A stretch of 64,000 nucleotides of DNA from Elsinoe ampelina (lineage: Eukaryota): assembly GCA_010093995.1 (NCBI GenBank), contig ML992510.1, positions 509,504 through 573,503 on the forward strand. The letters are read 5' to 3'. Made by a program: the position numbers and the translations under genes. This document shows positions 56,595 to 64,000 of the stretch, piece after piece. The notes under the pieces are model-generated. The model worked only from the letters and a program-made list of their open reading frames with translations, was not told the origin of the DNA and made no database searches. The first letter of the stretch is position 1. Each line of letters starts with the position of its first letter.

Positions 56595-57938
56595 ATGGCC
56601 GCACCGCGCTTGACATTTCTATGGCCGTTCTTGTTCAAGCCTGCGCAAAGTGGTCCACAGAGAAGAGCGCTACATGTAGCAAAACGAAAAGCGCATTCTT
56701 CAGCAGTACGGCGACAAGAGGCCTACCCACAGCGATATGGGACAGCTAATGAACCCATATCCCAATTGAAGCCACCACCGCCTGGTACCACAGACAAGAA
56801 GAGCTCGGAGAGTAAGAGTGACAAGCTTCCGCCAAAGCAGAAAAAGGAGCAACTAGCAAAGGACAAAGACGCTTCAGCGCAACCAAAAGAAGAAGACAAG
56901 GCACCAGTAGGACCACAAGATCTCACAGCCGCCGCACCAAGAGTACTCTCGATCGATACACCATCTCCCTCGACCTCTCCTCAATCCACCAGCTCGACCA
57001 AAACTTCCTCCACCACCTCACCCCCTCAATCCACCCTCCCGGACCCCCCATCCGCCCCCTCCCCCGTCCCCCTCCGCCAACCCCCCACCAACCCCCTCGA
57101 AACCGTCCTCAACCTCCCCGCCAGCGAAGAGCACCAATCCGCACAAATCCCCACCTCCTACTACCACGAAAACGCCACCACCGAAGAGCGGCCCCCGCAC
57201 ATCACCACCCCACGCTACGTCCACCACTTCGACACGTACTCGCTCGTGCGCCGCCTGACGGACGGCGGGTGGACGCCCCCGCAAGCCATCACGACCATGA
57301 AAGCCGTCCGGCTGATCCTGGCCGACAACATCGGGCTCGCGCGCAGCGGCCTCGTGAGCAAATCCCAGGTCGAAAACGAGCAATACCTGTTCCGGGCGGC
57401 GTGCAGCGAACTGCGCACCGAAGTGGGGATGCGGCGCAAGGCCGAGACGGAGAAGTCGCGGACCGAACGCACGGGGCTGCAGCACGAGGTGGATATCCTG
57501 GGCCAGAGGGTGGGGATGGAGACGCAGGGGCTGAGGGAGGAACTCAAGGGGATGGTGGAGGGGAGGAAGATGGCGGTGCGCGAGGAGGGGAGGGGCACGG
57601 ACGGTAAGATCCAGGAGTTGAATTACCGCATCACCGTGGCGTTGAATAGTGATTCGAGGTCTGATGTCGAGGGGGTGAGGTGGTTGATCACCAAGAGGGC
57701 GATCGCCGCGTTGGCGATTTGTGCCATGATGGTGTTGGGGAGTTTGAGGTATGCGAGTAGTGTGATGCAGGCGGAGGAGGAGGCGAGGAAGAGGGAGAGG
57801 GCGAGGCAGAGGAGGGAGGAGATGGTGGAGAGGGAGAGGCGGGGTGGAGGAGGGGGAGGGGGAGGGGACGGGGGCGAGTCGTTGAGGGAGATGGTCGTGG
57901 CGCAGGGGGATAATCCGAGTTTTGTGAGTTTGGGGTAG
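56595..57938 (+). CDS. DUF1640 (CCDC90/MCUR1/Fmp32-like) mitochondrial coiled-coil membrane protein
   Basis: Presequence-like MAAPRLTFLWP; YVHHFDTYSLVRRL..G.T..QAITTMKAVR, ENEQYLFRAACSELR, coiled coil, C-terminal TM. Confidence 0.85.
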   Translation: MAAPRLTFLWPFLFKPAQSGPQRRALHVAKRKAHSSAVRRQEAYPQRYGTANEPISQLKPPPPGTTDKKSSESKSDKLPPKQKKEQLAKDKDASAQPKEEDKAPVGPQDLTAAAPRVLSIDTPSPSTSPQSTSSTKTSSTTSPPQSTLPDPPSAPSPVPLRQPPTNPLETVLNLPASEEHQSAQIPTSYYHENATTEERPPHITTPRYVHHFDTYSLVRRLTDGGWTPPQAITTMKAVRLILADNIGLARSGLVSKSQVENEQYLFRAACSELRTEVGMRRKAETEKSRTERTGLQHEVDILGQRVGMETQGLREELKGMVEGRKMAVREEGRGTDGKIQELNYRITVALNSDSRSDVEGVRWLITKRAIAALAICAMMVLGSLRYASSVMQAEEEARKRERARQRREEMVERERRGGGGGGGGDGGESLREMVVAQGDNPSFVSLG

Positions 57939-57960
57939 AGGAGGCCATGGAGGAGGGGGC
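56960..57960. other. C-rich to G-rich skew switch G (midpoint ~57430), DUF1640/CDF convergent junction
   Basis: C tracts at 56960-57300 and G tracts at 57500-57960. Confidence 0.85.
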
Positions 57961-58359
57961 CATTTTTGCTTGGATTCGATTGCATGGGACGATACCCCTG
58001 GCTCTGGCCTAGTTGATACTTGATGATCATGAATGGTATAGATTTTGAATGAGGGCGTGAACAATGAGCTCGCTGAATTCAGCTCTTGCAAAACGACCGA
58101 GACTGTTCCGTGTTCCGCTCTCAGGTGAGAGCAGCCATCAGACGGTCTGAGGTCAAAATGAAGATTAGAATTTTAGAATGCTACGCACTATACAACATGA
58201 AAGATAATGCAATGGCGAGATACTGTCTTCGCTCGCTCCATGCTTGACGCAGAACTGTCGATTGGATATACCGTTCTCACTGTTCCCCAACCTTACAGGT
58301 ACTATACAGCTTACCAACCCCATCACCTGCACAATTACCTGCCATAACATGCTGTCTGT

Positions 58360-59827
58360 CTACGTCCTCTCAGCATCGTTCGCGTGCCCAGTCGGTCCCT
58401 GACTCGTATCTGAACTCATTAGTCTCCGCCCAGCAACCTCAAGAGAAAGTATACTCACAGTCCGTGCTCACAAACGCCCTATCCACCTCCGGTAACCCTT
58501 CGCAGCAGTATTGCAGTGTCTCGCTAACATCATGACTCCTGTACAGCTTGGTATTTTGATCCATCAAGCAGTCCACCTCAACCCAGACGCCATCACCTGC
58601 ATGGTAAGCTTGTATGCTCTTGAATCCTTCCACGACCGGACTGAAGCGGTATGCCATGTAGAGCAGCTTCTTCTGCAGATTCTCGTCTGCGGCTTGTCCG
58701 GACAGTCTGGTGACGTTCTCGAAACAGGTGCTTGCCCAGTCGTAGATGATGAAAAGCGAAAGGATAGCGGCGCCGAGGGGATCGAGCCACCAGGTTCCTG
58801 TTTGGTGGCCAATAAGCGGAAAGAGCAGCGAGAGAGTGTTGAAGTAGACGTCCGTCTTACAGTCTTGCGCCAGAGCTTGGACTTGGGTTGTCTTGATGCG
58901 GGCGCAGCCGATCCAGATGATGCCTTTGACGACGACGGTACCGGCCATTGCTCCGATGGCGACGGGAGGTAGTTGAGCCGCTTCGCCCGAGAGCTTGATA
59001 AGTTTCGTGGCGGACTCTTGCAGAATTTGGGCAAAGGAGATGACCATGATGATGGAGAAGACGAGGATACCGAGGGGCTCGAGACGGCGACGACCTACTG
59101 GGAAGCGCTTGTTGAGAGCTGAGAGGCGCCATTGGACGAGGCGGTTCGTGGTCCAGACAATGATGGTGCAGAGGAGGTCGAGGGCGGAGTCGAGGAGGGA
59201 GGCAATGAGCGAGAGAGAGTCGGAGTAGAAAGCGGCAATGATTTTGGCGATGAGAAGGAGGATGTTGGCCAAGACGTTGATATTGATGGCCCATTTCGCT
59301 TTCTTCTCGCCTTGCGCTCGCTTCTCTTTCTCTTCTTCGGGGAGGAACTCCCAGATGTTACCCTTGCCTCTCTGGAGACCACCTTGTCGCTCTTGGTCTC
59401 CATCATTGTCATGATCTGGATCCATAGAATCTAGCACGTCGTCTGCAAGTGCCTTGACGAGATGGTCGACTTCGAGCCAGTCGTTGATCCTTCCATTCTG
59501 GTCTTCATAGAACTTTCGGACCTCTTTATTCTCAATCGACTTCAGATCCTCTTCGCTCTTGCGATACGTTTCCAGATCCTCTTGATCCACCCACTGCAGA
59601 AGCTGCTTCTTCAATTCCTCCCTCCGTGAGTCTTCCAAGGCAGTGTTTGCGGCGTCCTTGAAGCGGAAGAGGTTGGGCCGCGACTTGAGGTTCTGGGGAC
59701 TGCCATTGTTGCCTCGTTCCAGGTCGATGGTACCGTTGTTGTGTGACTTTGATTGCCGGGACTGAGGACGCGAGTTGGAGTGCTCACTCATTGCTGACCT
59801 CAGCTTGGAATGCCTCTGACCGACCAT
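58360..59827 (-). CDS. Cation diffusion facilitator, Mn-CDF (MTP8/11-like) clade; 2 exons
   Basis: SLSLIASLLDSALDLL and AQDCKTDVYFN (DxxxD in TM2 and TM5), FPVGRRRLEPLG, SHDVSETLQ..EVDRAFV. Intron 58410-58458, stop 58360-58362. Confidence 0.9.
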
Positions 59828-60644
59828 CTTGCTTTATCTGCTCTGAACTTGCTGTACCGCTAGCTACAGAGGTCTGGCAAGGAATGGAGAAGGATTGACA
59901 AGGCCACAACAAGGCAGAGGTGCAGAAAGTGCGTAGGAGCGACTACTGAGCGTGACGCGTGCAGGCCGCCGGAGCTATATCCGCTTAATGAAAAGCAGAT
60001 CTTGGAGGTGGAGTCTGGCTGAGATGCAAAAAGTCCGGGGACGGGTTCCTGACGATGATGACGTCTGTGGTTGTCCAATGTCTGCCGTGTGTTTCTGATG
60101 ACGACTCAAGTATTGCTCAATTTATACCGTCAGTCTGGGGTACAGTTGTATACATACCTAGATGAACAATGGACTACAGCCTACGAGTCTGCGAAGAGAC
60201 TTTTCTTGAGCATAAAGGACAATTCTTCGAGCTCGCATGCTCCCATCAACCACGCAGCTTCGGCGGGTCCAACAAAGCTTGTTTCCAGTTTCCGCCGAGG
60301 CGGACCCAAGAAACAGGAAAAACAGGGCCCTCATCATCAGAGTGACGCTATCAGAAATGCAAAACAAGTGGAGATGTGGCTCTTCACACCTCTTCAGCCA
60401 CGGCTGAGCGGCAGATTCAGTTCGTCTTCATGCATCTGCCACGTCGTCAAGAGATGCAAGTGTGGATCGTGGATGAGGCATGTGTGGCTGGTCTGGTTCG
60501 TAAGAATTCATTTGCTGAGTAGGTAGCAACGCTTCTTCGAACGGCTATGCCTGCTATATGCAAGAGATAGTATGTTTCCTGATCCCATGCTATGCCATGT
60601 TTCGTCAATCGTGACCATCTCGTCCTACCGTGTCTTGCATTGTT

Positions 60645-62669
60645 TCATCTGATAGTGCCCCATTCCTTGACCAGTCCCATACCCGACTCTCGCTTCTCTT
60701 TGGCCTTGCCTCCGAAGACATCCCAGAACCTCAACGTCTCGTCTCCGGCTCCTGTCACGATCGTGTCGCCGTTTGGGCTCATGCTGAGGTAGAGAACTCG
60801 GTAGGTATGACCAGTCAGACTAACGACCTGGTTCATGCTTGGGTATTTCCAGATGCTGATGGCGTTCTGGCTGTAGCCGTGGGTCGAAACGATCTCATTC
60901 GTAAGGGTGCTGAACAGGAGATTGCAGACCTGACTGCCAGTATCGTAGCTTCGTATGAGGTTTGGGTTGTTGGGTATAGATGATTGTGCATCTTCGGTCC
61001 CGGTCATGGTCGTGGGTGCAGAGAAGTTACCCAGCCCGATACCTTCAGCAGTCGCTGCTGCATTCGAAGCGAGTGCTTGATTTGCACTGTGCTGATTCGT
61101 TGTTACTGTGTTCCAAAACTTGATGCATCGATCTGCAGTACCTCCTCCAGTCGCAAGCAAGCCCCTTGTGTGCGGTGACCATGCTACCGCTTTCACAGCA
61201 GCCTTGTGGCCGCCTTCCGCTTCTCCCCAGCGGTGTAGCCATGACTCGTTCATCTGATCCCACACAAATATCTTATTGTCGTTGCCACCAGATGCAAGCT
61301 GTTGTGTCTCGCAGTTCCATCTCAGTCCGCAGACTTCCTGCTTGTGACCGATCAGCCGTTTGATGTACTGATCGGCTAGTCGGACATCACGATGAAGAAT
61401 CGTCCGATCTCGCGAGCCTGTCGATAGAATGTGCTGATTCCACGCCATGGACGAAACTCGTGCTGAGTGGCCTGTCATTGTTCGTAATCGTCGTTTCGCG
61501 GCTGTGTCCCACACTGTGACCAGTCCTCTCGATGTGCCAATGGCAAGATGTGATCCCTGAGATACGTCAGACCAATATGAGATTCGCATTTCACGGGACA
61601 TACCCTTTGAATCCAGCCAACACTCGTTATTTGCTCGCCTTCAAGCTTCGTAAGCTGATCGACCTTGCCGCTTTCGCTGTTCCAGAGGTACACGCTGTCT
61701 CCAAGACCCACAGCCAACACATTTGATGATCCCCAGTCCACAAGGTTGAGATAGAAATCATCTGCGAGCTCAGGCGCATCCAGAACCTTATAGGGGACCT
61801 TGCTGACAGCTCGTGGAGTCTTGCGCGGGGATAGAAGCATCTTCTGCGACGAGTACTTGACGGGTGAGAGAGAGTAGATTTCAGCTCGGACATCAATGTT
61901 GGGTCCTCTCTCTGATCTTGATATCGACCTCGGTGTCATATTTTGTGCAGGCGAAGAGTAGTTGAAGATGTTTTTGTGCGGTGTAGTCGGAGAGATGCCA
62001 TAGCCGGACGGCGGTGTTTTCGATCGAGCGAAGCCGTTCTCAGGCCCTTGCGGTATTGATTGGGGAACTTCGTTTCCGAACATTTCTGAGCGCAGTACGG
62101 TGCTGAACGCTCGATTGGCTTCTTCTTCTACAGTCCGTTAGCATGCGCACGGTCATTCGTCCATGGCGAAACCGACTTCTCTGTGTGTCAAGCTCGCTCG
62201 GTGGCGGTCGCTTGTGCGATCTTGATGAGGGTGTAGCTGGCGAACCTTCGTCGTTCATGAGATTGTAACTTGCCCGCATGTCTTGTCCAGACCTGTTAGG
62301 CACGAATCTGTTCATCCAGAGTCAGCTGCCGTCCTTGTGTAACATGCGCAACCAGGTGGGAGCCTGTTGGACTCACCTGTCGTTGTAGACCACCCGAGCT
62401 CGCTTCCTCTTCGGACTCTCGCCCGGCGTCGTCTCTCTTTGCAGCCTCATATCGTCTGATTGTTTCAATTTCGCATTGACCGCCTCCACATCCAGTGGTG
62501 TTGATCCCCGCTCCCGCGCATCCTGGTTCTCTTGTGTTCGTTGGCGTTTGGCTGGGTCGGTCGGCGGCGTCTTGCTTATCGGAGGAGATATTAATGGCGG
62601 AGTGTGGGATTCATGGGTCGCAGATAAGTTGGGAACGCCCTTTGCCTCAAGGCGAGCGGAATGGCGCAT
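60645..62669 (-). CDS. CDH1: APC/C activator Cdh1/Fizzy-related; 4 exons
   Basis: C-box DR|FVPNR, PYKVLDAPELADDFYLNLVDW, GHKQEVCGL, HTYRVLYLSMSP..IVTGAGDETLRFW, C-terminal IR tail. Introns 62308-62376, 62128-62176 and 61557-61603. Confidence 0.95.
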
Positions 62670-64000
62670 GGTGATGTTAAAGTGAACGAATGTCGGCGAA
62701 GCTCCAGTCCCCCCGTTCACCAGCGGTTGTCGAGGACTCAATTCATCCGCATATCCTATTGGTCGATGTGCGTGCGGGCTGAAATTACGATGTATGAGCG
62801 GTCGGAGCGAGCGATGGCGATGATGAGGTCGGAAAAGTTGTGGAGGACCGAGTGTTTGGGATCACCGTTACGGGCGGTTGCGGTTGGTGAACCAGCCTTC
62901 TCTTTTCCTCACAAAGTTGGAGCGAGCGCAGTGATGAATGCTATGGGCCCGAAATCGCTGTCGCAAGTATCACACAAGTCGTATAAAATGATCGTTCGTC
63001 CGTGCAATTTCGTTGCTGGGTTTTGGTGCAATTGTTTTGCTTCATAGGCGGTGTTTGTGTTTGGGGAGGTGAAGTCGGTCTCGGTCGTCTGGTCGGGCTC
63101 CTAAACTCGATTCCGTCCTAATGGCTCAAAGTCTTGGCAAACCTGTCCGCCTTGTGCTTGATGCTGTTTCCTTTGAATCCTAATCTCTCCTTGCTGGTAG
63201 AACCCACAATCCCACTCGTGATGTCAGTCGACAATGTCAATCGCACACGGAGAGAAAGAAAGAAGGAATACAGAATGAAAGTACCTATGAGGTCCTCCAC
63301 GCTACGACCCGCCGCCACCGCACGTCAACAACACGACTTGTGCTGCAGTAACATCAGGTCTAATCATAGGCTGCATTTGACGATCAAAACATCGCACTGC
63401 AAAAGACCGCGACTTGAGGGTCTTTCCGGCACCAATAGCATTTTGTTCCTGGCGCGAAACAGATAGTCTTCAAAACATGGTATTGATTGGCTGTGAAGGC
63501 CCCATTCCAGCGCTTGGCCGCAGATGCATCGTCTAGCCGCCGGGAGAGGCTGCCGACCCTGAGAGTTTCACACTCAGGACACAATACTAAGTTACGCTTC
63601 GGGTTCATGATACATATTCGATAAACAGCGCTTCTCACGCGCCCGCTACGTTCAGTCCACAAAAATGCTGCCTTCCAGTTCCCCATAGTGCTCGTAGAAA
63701 CTCTCAAACAGGTTGATTGCATGCTCGACATCGTACGTTCCACCAGTCTCTCGAATGCTATGCATAGCGAGCTGCGCGTTACCCAAGTCGAGAGTCCGAA
63801 CACCCATATTCGAAGAGAGCATCGGTCTGTTCTGGTCAGTAATAAAGCCGAATCAATCCTGGGATGGACTTACCCGATGGTGCTACCGCATGGGCTGTCA
63901 TTCTTCACGACGAACAATTGCAATGGCACTCCTGAGCCTTCACTTCTGGCATCGTAGCTTGCCCTCTTCGCGCGGCGTGCGATCTCCTGCATGAGCACAA

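Noticed and set aside
24151..62669. APC15, CDH1, RPN8, F-box and DCAF genes as a ubiquitin-proteasome cluster
   Set aside because: Scattered over tens of kb among unrelated genes; no evidence of functional clustering.
62900..64000. ORFs at the window end
   Set aside because: Short, non-ATG or unrecognisable; may be CDH1 upstream sequence or part of a feature outside the window.

Overview
Gene-dense 64-kb window of a filamentous ascomycete. Short 44-69 nt introns with CTRAY branch points and the gene set suggest Pezizomycotina, probably Dothideomycetes (inference). About 26 protein-coding genes could be modelled. Most are housekeeping: GST, Nrg1-like C2H2 factor, gluconokinase, PEX16, RPN8, Sws1-like SWIM protein, APC15, BET1, F-box/LRR protein, Raf1/DIM-9-like WD40, NAD-dependent epimerase, EDE1, GPI13, PUF3, DUF1640 protein, Mn-type CDF transporter and CDH1. 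No rRNA, tRNA, CRISPR array or intact transposon was recognised. The most unusual observations are: (1) a spliced gene (15030-16934) fusing, within one exon, a MULE/FAR1-type zinc DNA-binding domain, a pogo/CENP-B HTH and an HD phosphohydrolase; (2) ~1 kb C-rich to G-rich strand-skew switches at all seven convergent gene junctions and not at tandem or divergent ones; (3) an intact Rad5/16-like SNF2 gene with destroyed Walker A/B motifs; (4) a ~175 bp diverged repeat present twice, 34 kb apart; (5) smaller RNA-structure, splicing and promoter oddities. All family assignments come from motif recognition by eye; no database search was run.
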